Notes: generated by a model not told the origin, from the letters alone. A DNA stretch of 64,000 nt from an uncultured candidate division Zixibacteria bacterium (GCA_963702205.1 OY969724.1:128001-192000), one strand, 5' to 3'; positions 10,721-21,244 are shown, counted from the stretch's first letter. Numbers and translations are program-made.

Positions 10721-12154
10721 TTAGCCTCTTATGTTTTTAATGACTTCTCCATATGTCTTATCTCCTGCCATCCTGATTTTTTCTATTTTGCCATCAGGTC
10801 TCTGCGAATAATACTCGTCGGCCTCAGTTAAAAGGGGAAAATATTCCCCGTTGATATCTTCAAGCAGCTCAACATTCATTAACCCCTTTTCGGGGCTAAC
10901 GATTTCGGCAATCCCCAGCAACCCTCCTTTTTCTATCACCTTGAAAGGGCCGTTTTCTGATTTATATCCCACAAGATTTTTTGACCAGTGGCGGACATAG
11001 ATATCCGCATCAAAGGGATATAATTTCCCTCTCACGGATTCAAAAACCTTCCCTTCTCTCACAACAAGCCTTTTACCCGAATTCAGCATTGGTCTTGTGG
11101 ATGTCAGATTATCAGGGTTATGTGTGTATATCATGTTTTCAAAGGGTGCGTTCGCGATATCGGCATAATCGGTATGAACAATACTGTTTTGCGGCGCGAT
11201 ATCATGTATGACTACAGATCCTTTATAAGCTTCCATTGCCCTTTCATACCGTTCTCTACTCCAGGTACGTTCGATAAAATTGTTGATATTGTCATATACA
11301 ATCGATGATTCATCGAACTTGTCTTTGCCGGTGTTATCAAAACACTGAGGCCGGTAGGTCTCACAAAGCTCTTTCCAGAGGGAGGGCCGCCATACAGTGT
11401 CCGCACTGTAAAAGAGACTGCTCTTATCGGTCATAAATTTAAAGGCGATTGAAGGAAGCCCGTGCCAGACAGATGATTTTACAGCACGAACGGTCAGCCC
11501 TGCTTCATCGTCATGAAAGTCATTCCTCTCTTCTTCGTAAAATGACGATGCGCTGAATGGATAATAGCTTGCGGGTTCAACCCACTCACCTGTTTCTTCA
11601 TCCCTGAAAAGGAGCCGGGGGCGGTTGGCCCTGTGGTTAATAAAGATCTTCGCCCGTTCAGGCCCTATTTCATTGCCTTGCCGGTCTTCTATGCAGTAAT
11701 GGAAGGCAGCTCCATCCTTGTCGTCCTTAAGCTTTATGCAGTACTTCTCCCGGGGTCCGATAAGGCACTCTTCAACCATCAGATCATAGGGTATATCTAC
11801 CACGCTCTTCGAATCGACGGAGAGTGATCTCTCCAGTGCACCCTTGGAATTTTTACAATATTCTTCAAGGACGGGTTCTGATGATATCAGCCTGAGTCTG
11901 TTCTTTGACATGGGATTATAGAAGGTAAAGAGGACTATATCCGTGAACCATCTCTTGTGATCCTCATGAGAATGAGTTCCGAAGATACCTTTAATCTCAG
12001 CAAGGCCTTTGTAACCAAGATGGGGAAAAACAGGAGATCCGCATTCAAGCAGGTATCTATGCCCGTTTACGGTTATCATGTACCCGCTGCTTTCTCCCAT
12101 CATCGAGAAGGCGCTTGTATTGCCCACAACATCAAAGATAATATCATGGCTCAC
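10721..12154 (-). CDS. Metallo-beta-lactamase-fold hydrolase (RNase Z / cyclic-nucleotide phosphodiesterase-like) with insertions
   Basis: G-NTSAFS start; YLLECGS, THSHEDH (HxHxDH), VWHG and FYSADT motifs. Confidence 0.75.
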   Translation of the reverse strand: MSHDIIFDVVGNTSAFSMMGESSGYMITVNGHRYLLECGSPVFPHLGYKGLAEIKGIFGTHSHEDHKRWFTDIVLFTFYNPMSKNRLRLISSEPVLEEYCKNSKGALERSLSVDSKSVVDIPYDLMVEECLIGPREKYCIKLKDDKDGAAFHYCIEDRQGNEIGPERAKIFINHRANRPRLLFRDEETGEWVEPASYYPFSASSFYEEERNDFHDDEAGLTVRAVKSSVWHGLPSIAFKFMTDKSSLFYSADTVWRPSLWKELCETYRPQCFDNTGKDKFDESSIVYDNINNFIERTWSRERYERAMEAYKGSVVIHDIAPQNSIVHTDYADIANAPFENMIYTHNPDNLTSTRPMLNSGKRLVVREGKVFESVRGKLYPFDADIYVRHWSKNLVGYKSENGPFKVIEKGGLLGIAEIVSPEKGLMNVELLEDINGEYFPLLTEADEYYSQRPDGKIEKIRMAGDKTYGEVIKNIRG

Positions 12155-12304
12155 AGTATATTATGGCTCCCTCAGATTCAGATCGATGGATTTCATATTC
12201 AAGGCGGCCTATTTTTCTACATTTATCTGGTAAAAGCAAGGTAAATATAGGTAAAATCTGATAAATTGTTTATTTGGAGTAAAAAACTGCAGGAAAATAA
12301 GATA

Positions 12305-14146
12305 TCAGGAGTTCTTCAAACACCTGACATTGTAGGTCATAACAGGGTTATGTATGCCCTTCACACTGATCTCCCCTATTTTATCGGCTTCAACAAGATC
12401 ATATACACTGCTGTATGTCCTCTGGCTTACCAGGATCTGTCCGGCTTTGGCAATCGACTCGAGCCGTGACGCCACATTCACCTGGTTTCCTATTACAGTG
12501 TAGTCAAGCTGCATCTCGGACCCGATATTCCCGACTGTCATATAACCCGTGTTGATACCTATCCCCATACCAAGCTCATACCCGAAATATCTCCAGTCCT
12601 TTTTTAATTCATCTGTCTTCTTCTGCATTGCAATGCCCATCATTATGGCCCTCTGGGCGTGATCATCCACAGGAACAGGGTCACCCAGGAAAATGAGCAT
12701 GCCATCCCCGATTATCTTGTTGAGGGTTCCGTCATACCTGTAGACGATCTTTGTCATTTCGGAGATATAATTATGAAGCAGGTTAAACAACTCCTCGGGT
12801 TCAAGATTGTCGGTAAATGTGGAGAAATTCCTGATGTCAGTAAACATGACAGTCATCATCTTTCTCCTTGGCGCTGCCCACAGAGTGCTCTCATTCGATA
12901 ATATCTGTTCAGCAACCTTGGGTGAGAGGTAACGCCTGAGATTATTGTATTTGTTGAGCTCTTCGATCTGATCATTCACCTTTTCCTCAAGCCCCTCATT
13001 AAGTATAAGAAGGTCTTTCCTTGCCTTTTCCAGCTCCCTGGTTCTCTCGTCGACCTTCTGTTCCAGGGTGGTATTGTAATCCTCCAGCCTTGCCTTTGCG
13101 TCTTCAAGTTCTTCATTTACAATTCTTAATCTTTCATAAGCCTTATTTCTTGCCTTTATATTGACGCGCAGATTGTCTATTGTATCTACCAGGTGCGTTT
13201 CTGAATAATTGGGATTCCTGTTTTTCCTGATGGTTTTTGCAATGCGCCTCAACCATGAAAATCTGTAGTATGTAACATCCAGGATAAAATAGGGCGCACC
13301 AAAGATCTCCCCTTTTTTCAACAGAATGCGGTCATCGCCGCGCACTGTTTCAGTAATCAGAACCGCGCCTGTATTTTTGCTGTTTACGCCTTTGTTATCA
13401 GGCACTGAGTATTTTCCCAGGTAAACCTTTTTATCATTGATCCTCTCTGGGACAAGAGCAATACTTTTCCCTACCGTTTTTCTTGTTTTTTCTATCGGAT
13501 CCATTATCGATAAACGCCCGTCTTCCATCTTTGCATCCAGCTTGAAGTCAGTTAACTCGGGTTCGTTATTAAGGAGTTTTACAGGGTCATATGCATTCAG
13601 GGGCTGCCTTATTAAGGCAGGAGGCAGATTCCACACCATTGGTATGGATGAAATGATTCCCCTTCTATATGAATCGACAATATATTCGTTGTTGACATCA
13701 ATATCATCATGGTAGGAAACCTTGAGGATCACCCTTACTCTTTTTAAGGCCTTATCATAGGATGGAGGAACAACAACTTCTATATCCTTGGTATCATTTA
13801 TGTTGCAGTTGAAAAATGGCAGCCTCCTGAAACCGTCATCAGGCCCTGCGAAAAACCTGGCAAGATAGCCGAACCTTCCCCATGATTTAAGCATGGCAGA
13901 AGAAGACCCGCAATTGAAATAAAAAAACTGCTCTTCTGATATCTCCTTTGCCCTCCTCAAGATTTTCTGGAAATTATCATAGGTTGTCCACTCATCCTCA
14001 TTCAGGAAAAATGATTCCGGTGAATCATATCTTTCTGACGGGTATGGAAGGTTATGGAACAGGGGTGAGTAATTGCCCCCTTTTTTTTCGAGATACGAAG
14101 AGACAATACTGATATTCCTGTTGCTGATACAATCTGTTCTGCTCAT
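12305..14146 (-). CDS. Class III adenylate/guanylate cyclase with uncharacterised soluble N-terminal region and coiled coil
   Basis: VMFTDIRNFS, KIIGDGML, GIGINTG, DYTVIGNQVNVASRLES, VKG. The K and D specificity residues suggest ATP. Confidence 0.92.
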   Translation of the reverse strand: MSRTDCISNRNISIVSSYLEKKGGNYSPLFHNLPYPSERYDSPESFFLNEDEWTTYDNFQKILRRAKEISEEQFFYFNCGSSSAMLKSWGRFGYLARFFAGPDDGFRRLPFFNCNINDTKDIEVVVPPSYDKALKRVRVILKVSYHDDIDVNNEYIVDSYRRGIISSIPMVWNLPPALIRQPLNAYDPVKLLNNEPELTDFKLDAKMEDGRLSIMDPIEKTRKTVGKSIALVPERINDKKVYLGKYSVPDNKGVNSKNTGAVLITETVRGDDRILLKKGEIFGAPYFILDVTYYRFSWLRRIAKTIRKNRNPNYSETHLVDTIDNLRVNIKARNKAYERLRIVNEELEDAKARLEDYNTTLEQKVDERTRELEKARKDLLILNEGLEEKVNDQIEELNKYNNLRRYLSPKVAEQILSNESTLWAAPRRKMMTVMFTDIRNFSTFTDNLEPEELFNLLHNYISEMTKIVYRYDGTLNKIIGDGMLIFLGDPVPVDDHAQRAIMMGIAMQKKTDELKKDWRYFGYELGMGIGINTGYMTVGNIGSEMQLDYTVIGNQVNVASRLESIAKAGQILVSQRTYSSVYDLVEADKIGEISVKGIHNPVMTYNVRCLKNS

Positions 14147-14186
14147 ATTCGTCACCTTTCAAGTAAGGATATGAAACATTGCAATT

Positions 14187-14202
14187 TGCAAATAACGTAC
14201 CA
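14187..14202 (-). promoter_or_regulatory. sigma54 (-24/-12) promoter of the cyclase gene
   Basis: Minus strand TGGTACGTTATTTGCA, i.e. GG-N10-GC with one mismatch to TGGCACG-N4-TTGCW, about 40 bp before the ATG. Confidence 0.75.
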
Positions 14203-14253
14203 TAATTCAACTTATTGACATTACAGCCTTTTACGATTTACATCAGGTTAAAA

Positions 14254-14293
14254 TGCACATTTTTCAATGCATTCATGCACATAAAAATGTGCA
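14254..14293. promoter_or_regulatory. Two tandem 18-bp palindromic sites (candidate enhancer-binding-protein UAS)
   Basis: TGCACATTTTTCAATGCA (14254-14271) and TGCACATAAAAATGTGCA (14276-14293), 22 bp apart. Confidence 0.55.
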
Positions 14294-14371
14294 AAACAGA
14301 ATAGTTTTCTCTCAACGCAAATTATTATAGTTGACAGTTTTATGATTTTTATATTATTTGATGCAGTCAGT

Positions 14372-14448
14372 CGGGACGTAGCGCAGCCTGGTAGCGCACC
14401 TGAATGGGGTTCAGGGGGTCGCTGGTTCAACTCCAGTCGTCCCGACCA
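14372..14448 (+). tRNA. tRNA-Pro(GGG)
   Basis: CGGGACG acceptor stem pairs with CGTCCCG-A-CCA; anticodon arm CCTGA-ATGGGGT-TCAGG; T-loop GTTCAAC; 77 nt. Confidence 0.97.
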
Positions 14449-14493
14449 AATTTTGCCAAAGTTCTAGCAAAATAAGCCACAAACAAACATGAG

Positions 14494-14536
14494 AAGAGCA
14501 AATCCGGGAAGTTATCTGGATTTGCTCTTTTTTTTA
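14494..14536 (+). terminator. Rho-independent terminator after tRNA-Pro
   Basis: AAGAGCAAATCC...GGATTTGCTCTT followed by a T-run. Confidence 0.85.
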
Positions 14537-14638
14537 ACCCTGTTCATAGGCTGTTTATTTTCTACCAGAATGATGTTGTGTTTATAAACGGCAATATCAT
14601 ATTCAAGCATATAAGATTAAATCTGTTATCAGTATCTT

Positions 14639-15136
14639 TTATATACCGAATTCTTCGGCAAATTTCTTTGCCCTGTCCCTCCGCTCTTTTCTGAACTGCG
14701 CCCTTTCGGGAGCTGTTTCATGGAGACTTTTTTCAATGTCGCTTTCAGGGATAACCGGCGGTACAGGATGAGGTCTGCCGTCATTTCCAATAGCGACAAA
14801 TGTCAAAAAGGCAGTCGTACACGTAATTTTCTCACCCGTATAGAGATTCTCCCCCAGGACCTTTACAAAAACCTCCATAGAAGTATGGCTGGTCCATGTT
14901 ACAAAGGCCTCCACGCATATCGCCTGCCCTTTTCTGATCGGGTGCAAAAAATCCACAGAGTCTGTCGAGGCCGTGACTACATTCATACGCGCATGTCTCA
15001 TTGCAGACAGGCCCGCCACCTCATCTATGTGAGACATTGTCCTCCCGCCAAAAATTGTTCCGTGATTATTGGTGTCCGGAGGCAGGATTATTGATGTTTT
15101 AGTTACAAAGGATTGGCTGGCTTTTTTCGGTTCCAT
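14639..15136 (-). CDS. Acyl-CoA thioesterase (hotdog fold, YciA/YkhA-like)
   Basis: LPPDTNNHGTIFGG...IDEVAG, VVTASTDSVDF and TSMEVFVKV. Confidence 0.92.
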   Translation of the reverse strand: MEPKKASQSFVTKTSIILPPDTNNHGTIFGGRTMSHIDEVAGLSAMRHARMNVVTASTDSVDFLHPIRKGQAICVEAFVTWTSHTSMEVFVKVLGENLYTGEKITCTTAFLTFVAIGNDGRPHPVPPVIPESDIEKSLHETAPERAQFRKERRDRAKKFAEEFGI

Positions 15137-15340
15137 ATCGTATTACCCGTGTCTTTATTAAAATTTGTCCAATGTCAATTGCCTCTTACTTTTATCCCAA
15201 GAAGAGAAAAAAATACACATTAATATTTTCAAATTGGGTTTTCCGAAGACAGACAGAAATTCTATCGAATATTCCAATTTGACCAATTTTACGGCCCTAT
15301 AGTATGAATTACCTCATATTTTATGAAAGAGGGTTTGAAT

Positions 15341-16204
15341 ATGGAGGATAATCAAAAAGGCAGTCGTGTAAGCCGAAGGGCTTTTCTGGCTACGGCCGCA
15401 GGTGCAGCCATGGCTACCGCGATGCCTGCAATGCTTTCAGCCAAAGAGACCTTCACGCAAAATACGCTGCAGGTCTGGTCATGCGGCGGGCTTGCAGAGG
15501 CATTTATACCTGCAAATAAAAGATTCAGGGAAAAAATAGGCGTTGAAATAGCATATACCGGCGCCTTCGCGGCTGCCCTTGGAAAATCATTGCTTGGCAG
15601 TGCAACCACGGAAGTATTTGCAGCCAGGGTTCTCGATCTGGCTAAAAAGCTTAAAGGTGCGGGAAAAATGGTTCTATTCAAACCTCTGTGCTTTACAAGC
15701 TATGTCCTTGTGACGCCAAAGGGAAACCCGGCGGGAATCTCCGGGATTCAGGATATGGCAAAGCCGGGCATAAGGGTTATCCTCTCTCCTGAGGCATCTC
15801 CCCCGGGAGGCCAGGCAGTGATGGGTCTGTTAAAAAAGGCCGGTGTTGCCGAAAAGGCCATGAACAACTGTGTCATCAAAAGCACCTGCGTGCAGCGGGC
15901 CATGCAGGACCTGGTTTCCGGTAAAGGAGACGTCTTGGTTGTAGAAAAAAGGCTTACAAGAATGAAAATGTTCAAGGACAAATCGGAGATTATACCCATA
16001 CCCGAAAAGTTCTTTCCCCCTCCTCCGCTTACATTTACTATCGGCTTGATGAAGTATGCAAGAGATCCTGAACTGGCCGCGTACTATATTGATTTTATTC
16101 GCAGTGAAGAAGGCCAGGGTTTTTTTGATGCTGCCGGATTTATACCTGCAATATCCGAAGACGGCGTAAGACTCATCGAAAAACTGGGGGTGAAAGATGC
16201 CTGA
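15341..16204 (+). CDS. Tat-exported ModA-like periplasmic substrate-binding protein, Cys-containing variant
   Basis: Twin-arginine SRRAFL signal; VTPKGNPAGI.GIQD, SPPGG and FIRSEEGQGFF are ModA-like; WSCGGL replaces the usual AAASL. Confidence 0.75.
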   Translation: MEDNQKGSRVSRRAFLATAAGAAMATAMPAMLSAKETFTQNTLQVWSCGGLAEAFIPANKRFREKIGVEIAYTGAFAAALGKSLLGSATTEVFAARVLDLAKKLKGAGKMVLFKPLCFTSYVLVTPKGNPAGISGIQDMAKPGIRVILSPEASPPGGQAVMGLLKKAGVAEKAMNNCVIKSTCVQRAMQDLVSGKGDVLVVEKRLTRMKMFKDKSEIIPIPEKFFPPPPLTFTIGLMKYARDPELAAYYIDFIRSEEGQGFFDAAGFIPAISEDGVRLIEKLGVKDA

Positions 16205-16991
16205 TACAGGTCAAACAGTAATACAGGAAAAGATATTAACCGATAGAAAAGCTGCATCAAAACCTTTGTTCTGGTGGCGCCGTCTGACTCAGCTGGCATT
16301 CATGGGGGTGATGGGGCAATGGTCTTTTTACGGCATTTTCAGATGCCCGTTTATTGTCCCCTATGTGAGCTGTCAGAATTGCCCGGTCATCACTTGCCAT
16401 GGCAGGCTTTTTACAATGTTCTGGGGGTTCTGGCTTTTTCTGCCCGTTTCGGTAATCCTTTTTGGCAGGGCGTTTTGCGGGTGGATGTGTCCAGGAGGGC
16501 TTGTCAATCAGATATTCGGGTGGGTTGCTCCGTTGAAATTAAGGCTTAAAAATGCCTTTACCGCTATTTTCCCCTACTTCAAATATATTGTCCTTTTCAT
16601 CGCCCTATATGCCTATTATATTATGGCACAGCCAAGGGTAGCAGTCCCAATACGTATCGGTGATTTTTTCAATTCCATATTGCTTACATTCGAACACGCA
16701 AACCTCATATGGCTCGTAAGGACCTTTATAGTGCTTGGTCTTATTGTGCTGGGGCTTATAGTTGCCAATGCATGGTGCAGGTTTGCCTGCCCGACAGGCG
16801 GTATACTTGATGCCCTTAAAATTATATCAATCTTCAGGGTGTATAAGACAGATGCATGTAATGACTGCAACAAGTGCCTGAAGGTCTGCCATATGGGCAC
16901 CCGTCCGGCGGAAACAAATTGTACCAATTGCTGTGACTGTATTTCTGTCTGTCCCCAGGACGCCATTAAGGCAGGGAGACAGAAAAGGTGA
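16197..16991 (+). CDS. Membrane 4Fe-4S binding protein (NapH/MauN/YccM-like)
   Basis: GRAFCGWMCPGG, WCRFACPTG and two C-terminal ferredoxin motifs; overlaps the upstream gene. Confidence 0.85.
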   Translation: MPDTGQTVIQEKILTDRKAASKPLFWWRRLTQLAFMGVMGQWSFYGIFRCPFIVPYVSCQNCPVITCHGRLFTMFWGFWLFLPVSVILFGRAFCGWMCPGGLVNQIFGWVAPLKLRLKNAFTAIFPYFKYIVLFIALYAYYIMAQPRVAVPIRIGDFFNSILLTFEHANLIWLVRTFIVLGLIVLGLIVANAWCRFACPTGGILDALKIISIFRVYKTDACNDCNKCLKVCHMGTRPAETNCTNCCDCISVCPQDAIKAGRQKR

Positions 16992-17824
16992 AAAATATAA
17001 GTAATACAAACCGGATGGAAGCCGCTGTGCACCCCTGCTTTTTTTCGGAAGTTAAAAATAAGTATGGAAGGATTCATCTCCCTGTGGCTCCCCGATGTAA
17101 TATCCAGTGCGCCTATTGCAGGCGGGATTATGACTGCATGCACGAGAACAGGCCGGGGGTGACAAAGGGAGTAATAACCCCGGAGCAGGCACTGGAGCGG
17201 CTGGAAATTTCACTCGACCGGATGCCCCATATATCGGTGGCAGGAATAGCGGGTCCTGGTGATGCATTTGCCGATCCGGAACTTACGTTGAAGACATTTG
17301 AGCTCATCCGCAGAAAAAATTCTCAGATCGCCCTGTGCGTATCCACAAACGGTTTGAACATCAAAGATTATATCCCTTTACTTTCCGGGCTTGGGGTAAG
17401 GTATGTCACAGTAACAATAAACACTCTTGATCCTGCCGCTGGGGCGGTTCTTTACAAATGGGTCAATGCCGGTGACACAAGATTGTATGGTATCAGGGGT
17501 GCAGAAACATTGATAGAAAACCAGCTCGAGGCAGTAGAAATTTTAAAAAACAACAATTTTACAGTAAAGATAAACTCTGTTGTCATCCCGGGTGTAAATG
17601 AAAACCACCTCGTGTTCCTGGCAAAAAAGGTCGGGAGAATGGGTGTAGACCTCATGAACCTGATTCCGGTCATTCCTGTAAAAGGGACAGATATGGAAGA
17701 TATCACTCCACCGGATGGAGATATGCTTCACAGGTTGAGAAAAACAGCAGGTGTGTTTATCCCCCAGATGCATCACTGTACAAGATGCAGGTCCGATGCG
17801 GTCGGCATGCTGGGAAGTTTATAG
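16988..17824 (+). CDS. nifB: Stand-alone NifB-type radical SAM protein (no NifX-like domain)
   Basis: NifB fingerprints HPC, CNIQCAYC, ENRPG, AGPGD, TVTIN and CTRCRSDAVG; GTGA overlap with the upstream stop. Confidence 0.82.
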   Translation: MKNISNTNRMEAAVHPCFFSEVKNKYGRIHLPVAPRCNIQCAYCRRDYDCMHENRPGVTKGVITPEQALERLEISLDRMPHISVAGIAGPGDAFADPELTLKTFELIRRKNSQIALCVSTNGLNIKDYIPLLSGLGVRYVTVTINTLDPAAGAVLYKWVNAGDTRLYGIRGAETLIENQLEAVEILKNNNFTVKINSVVIPGVNENHLVFLAKKVGRMGVDLMNLIPVIPVKGTDMEDITPPDGDMLHRLRKTAGVFIPQMHHCTRCRSDAVGMLGSL

Positions 17825-18391
17825 AATGAATTAAGAGTTGATATATTTGCTGCTTATCCATTTTTCTTTAATTCGTTCCGCTTCCAATTTATGCACTTCC
17901 GGCAGTTTTATCTCCGGATAAAATAGCATTTAATGGATGAACTATCGTTCCGGCGCTGCCGCTTTTCCCGAAAACATATACGAACCTCGCCCTGCCATGG
18001 TTTTGATTTTTAAGGATTACAGCCTTTGTCATTTTGAGAACCTTAAGTACATAATCCTTAAAAATTCAAAACCGCACACCTGGTACCAACCTGTCTGCGT
18101 ATATGTTTTCGTGAAAAGGACATCACCTCCACTTGAGGCAGGAAGTAACTTCGGATAATTAAGACGTTTGGCTTACCCATTTTGTCCCCCGCAGCAGGCA
18201 AAGGATATTGTTTTTCAGGACGGGATCGTTTGATAACCGGGAATTATTGAATAATAGTATACTTGCATGGTATGTTTTTATTGCATTGTACGGATTTTTC
18301 CAAAGGATGCTTGTTCGAGGTTATGTTCACAGCAATATCTGCTGCAATTTCGAGTATATTCAAAAGAGTTAATTAATTTTGCATTTTTTTC

Positions 18392-18446
18392 TTGCGCATT
18401 CAATCTTATAGTTTTATATTCAATTCCCACTAATTTAGTGGGTATT
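18392..18446 (+). promoter_or_regulatory. sigma70-type promoter of the hmc operon with adjacent palindromic Rrf2-type operator
   Basis: TTGCGC(18392)-N17-TATATT(18415), then near-perfect palindrome AATTCCCACTAATTTAGTGGGTATT (18422-18446). Confidence 0.65.
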
Positions 18447-18586
18447 TCCCAAGACATATATTTTCATATTTACTTTCCGGTATTTTTAAGTGTAATTTTA
18501 TACGAAAAGCCGGGAAATACAGCCCTCATGACCAGGGCATTCAACCCTATATTAAGGTGGCTTATATACAAATTAAGGACTAGAAA

Positions 18587-20146
18587 ATGAAAAAACGAAG
18601 GTATCTGTACCGATTGATTGCCGTAACGGCATTTGTCGTGTTTGGTTTCACTTCGGCGATTGAAGCCGAGGTTCCTCAACCGGAACAAAACACGAATGGC
18701 GAAAAGAGAGCTGACGTTATCACCATAAACACGTTGAAATCCTTCGGCAACCTTGAAAGAGGAGCAGTGACATTCCTCCATGATGCACATACAGAGGCCC
18801 TTAAAAAATTGAATAAGGGTTGCGATGTATGCCACTTAACCGAAGAAATTTCCGGTAAAAAATTTTTATCCCCCAAATTCAAAAGACTCAAGGATACCAG
18901 CAGGCAGGAAGTAATGGATATTTATCATACTAACTGCATTGCCTGTCACAGGGAAATGTCCGATGCGGGGGAAAAAAGCGGCCCCGTTGAATTATGCGGT
19001 GAATGCCATAAAGAAAATCCCAAAATCATCCCTTCAGTACACCCGATAAATTTTGACAAATCATTACACTATTCCCATATAGAAATAAACAGCGAAGATT
19101 GCAGCGTCTGCCATCACGCAGGTGCAAAAGAAGGATCATGCCGCTATTGCCATAAGGATGGAAACGACCGGAAAATAATCTCCATGAAAGATGCGTCACA
19201 TCTTTCATGCATCGGATGTCACAGGGAAATGTCCGGCCCTGTTAAATGCAGTGCATGTCATGATGTTAATGAACAAAAAAAGATTGCCAAATCCGAGGAT
19301 GTTCCCCGGTTGGACGCGGGCCAGCCTGATGATGTGCTGATTGGTTTTAACTCTTCCGGTAATAATAAAGACCGGAACTATACCGGAATGAACCCTGTTC
19401 CATTTGATCACAAAATACATGAGCAAAGCCAGGATACCTGTCGCATCTGCCATCATGCCAAGCTGGAATCCTGTACGAACTCGTGTCATACTGTTGAAGG
19501 CTCCAAACAGGGGGATATGATCACTGCCGAACAGGCCATGCATAATCTTGACAGCAAAAGAAGCTGCCTGGGCTGCCATGAGTCATATTATAAAAACCGG
19601 AAAGAATGTGCGGGCTGCCACGGGGCAATGGAAAAAGGCGGTAATGTCAATGATACGTGCCTGAAATGCCACATGGAAACCCCCAAAACCGCCAGTGAAG
19701 AAAACCTGAAGCCTGAAGCCATTGCATCCAGGCTTCTTGAATCCGGAAAGACTGCATCGGGCACAATTGATGATAAAGACATACCTGAGACAGTAACCAT
19801 TGACGGATTGTCTTCCCAGTATGGGCCGGTCGAGCTGCCGCACAGGCAGATTATTGATTCTCTCATGCGTGATATTAAAAATAATAATCTGGCCAGTTAC
19901 TTTCATGGCGGGGAGGGGACACTTTGCCTCGGCTGCCACCATAACAGCCCTGCCAGCAAGACACCCCCTGCCTGTGCCACCTGTCACAGCAGATCAGCCG
20001 ATGATGCCGGCTCCCTGAAACCCGGCCTTAAAGTGGCTTATCATCAGTTATGCATGGGGTGTCACGATCGCATGGGTATTGAAAAACCGAAATCAACCAA
20101 TTGTGTGGGCTGCCACAAGGTTATCGGCGAAAACAAACTATATTGA
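18587..20146 (+). CDS. hmcA: High-molecular-weight 16-heme cytochrome c
   Basis: Signal peptide; 15 CxxCH plus one Cx3CH (CTNSCH), 16 hemes in total; cytochrome c3-like FxHxxH repeats. Confidence 0.93.
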   Translation: MKKRRYLYRLIAVTAFVVFGFTSAIEAEVPQPEQNTNGEKRADVITINTLKSFGNLERGAVTFLHDAHTEALKKLNKGCDVCHLTEEISGKKFLSPKFKRLKDTSRQEVMDIYHTNCIACHREMSDAGEKSGPVELCGECHKENPKIIPSVHPINFDKSLHYSHIEINSEDCSVCHHAGAKEGSCRYCHKDGNDRKIISMKDASHLSCIGCHREMSGPVKCSACHDVNEQKKIAKSEDVPRLDAGQPDDVLIGFNSSGNNKDRNYTGMNPVPFDHKIHEQSQDTCRICHHAKLESCTNSCHTVEGSKQGDMITAEQAMHNLDSKRSCLGCHESYYKNRKECAGCHGAMEKGGNVNDTCLKCHMETPKTASEENLKPEAIASRLLESGKTASGTIDDKDIPETVTIDGLSSQYGPVELPHRQIIDSLMRDIKNNNLASYFHGGEGTLCLGCHHNSPASKTPPACATCHSRSADDAGSLKPGLKVAYHQLCMGCHDRMGIEKPKSTNCVGCHKVIGENKLY

Positions 20147-20164
20147 TTTTTGAGGGATTCTCTT

Positions 20165-21244
20165 ATGTCCATATCACGTAGAAAATTCTTAGGCTGGCTG
20201 GGCGCCGCAGGGTGTTCCACTGCTATCAGTAAATCCGCCCATGCTTCAAACAGACATTTTAAAGGCTATCCCGGCAGTTTTGGTGTTTTGCATGATACCG
20301 TGCTCTGCATAGGATGCCGGAGCTGTGAAGAAGGCTGCAACATTGTCAATAAACTGCCCAAACCTGAAAAGCCGTTTAATGATCTTTCAGTACTGGATAA
20401 AAAAAGAAGGACCACTACAAAGGCTTTTACTATTGTTAACCGATATGACAATGTAAAAAGGGATAATACCCCCATTTTTAGAAAAAATCAGTGCAATCAT
20501 TGTCTTGAACCGGCATGTGCCTCGGCCTGCTTTGTAAGGGCTTTAAAAAAGACAAAGGAAGGGGCTGTTACATATGATGCTTCAGTATGTGTAGGATGCA
20601 GATACTGCATGATAGCATGCCCTTTTGAGATTCCTACCTATGAGTATGGTGAACCCTTTACCCCCAGGATCAGGAAATGCACCATGTGTTATGACAGGAT
20701 AAAAAAGAATAAACGCCCCGGCTGTGTTGAATCCTGTCCGACCGGCGCATTGAAGTTTGGCACGCGTGACGAACTCCTTAAAATTGCACGCGAAAGAATT
20801 TTAAAATACCCTGACCGGTATCAGAACCATATTTACGGCGAAAACGAGATGGGCGGAACAAGCTGGCTTTACCTGGCAGGAGTGCCCTTTAAAGAAGTAG
20901 GGATGAGAGAAGACCTCGGCATAACGCCGGCCCCGGAACTGACGTATGGGGCGCTTGCCGGAGTTCCCATGGTTGTCGCTCTCTGGCCCGTATTGCTTAC
21001 CGGAATTTATGCCATAAACAAACGGAAAGACAAAATCGCGGAAAAAGAAAAGCAAGATGCAGTATCTTCCGCAGTCGGAGAAGCAAATTCAGTTGCTGAT
21101 AAAAAATTAAAAGATGCCCTGGCAAAGGCAAACAAGGAAAAGGAGGCGGCTATACAGAAGGAAGTCAAAAAAGCCCTTGATGAAGCTGCAAAGGCCGCCA
21201 CGGAAAAAGAATCATCGGATGAAAAGCCGGGTAAAATGGAATAG
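20165..21244 (+). CDS. hmcB: Hmc complex periplasmic Fe-S subunit
   Basis: Tat SRRKFL; four 4Fe-4S motifs; [13 protein letters not shown]-terminal TM and K/A/E-rich tail. Confidence 0.92.
   Translation: MSISRRKFLGWLGAAGCSTAISKSAHASNRHFKGYPGSFGVLHDTVLCIGCRSCEEGCNIVNKLPKPEKPFNDLSVLDKKRRTTTKAFTIVNRYDNVKRDNTPIFRKNQCNHCLEPACASACFVRALKKTKEGAVTYDASVCVGCRYCMIACPFEIPTYEYGEPFTPRIRKCTMCYDRIKKNKRPGCVESCPTGALKFGTRDELLKIARERILKYPDRYQNHIYGENEMGGTSWLYLAGVPFKEVGMREDLGITPAPELTYGALAGVPMVVALWPVLLTGIYAINKRKDKIAEKEKQDAVSSAVGEANSVADKKLKDALAKANKEKEAAIQKEVKKALDEAAKAATEKESSDEKPGKME

Noticed and set aside
17830..18260. Possible small or decayed gene between nifB and hmcA
   Set aside because: Only short frames on either strand, with no recognisable motif or RBS.
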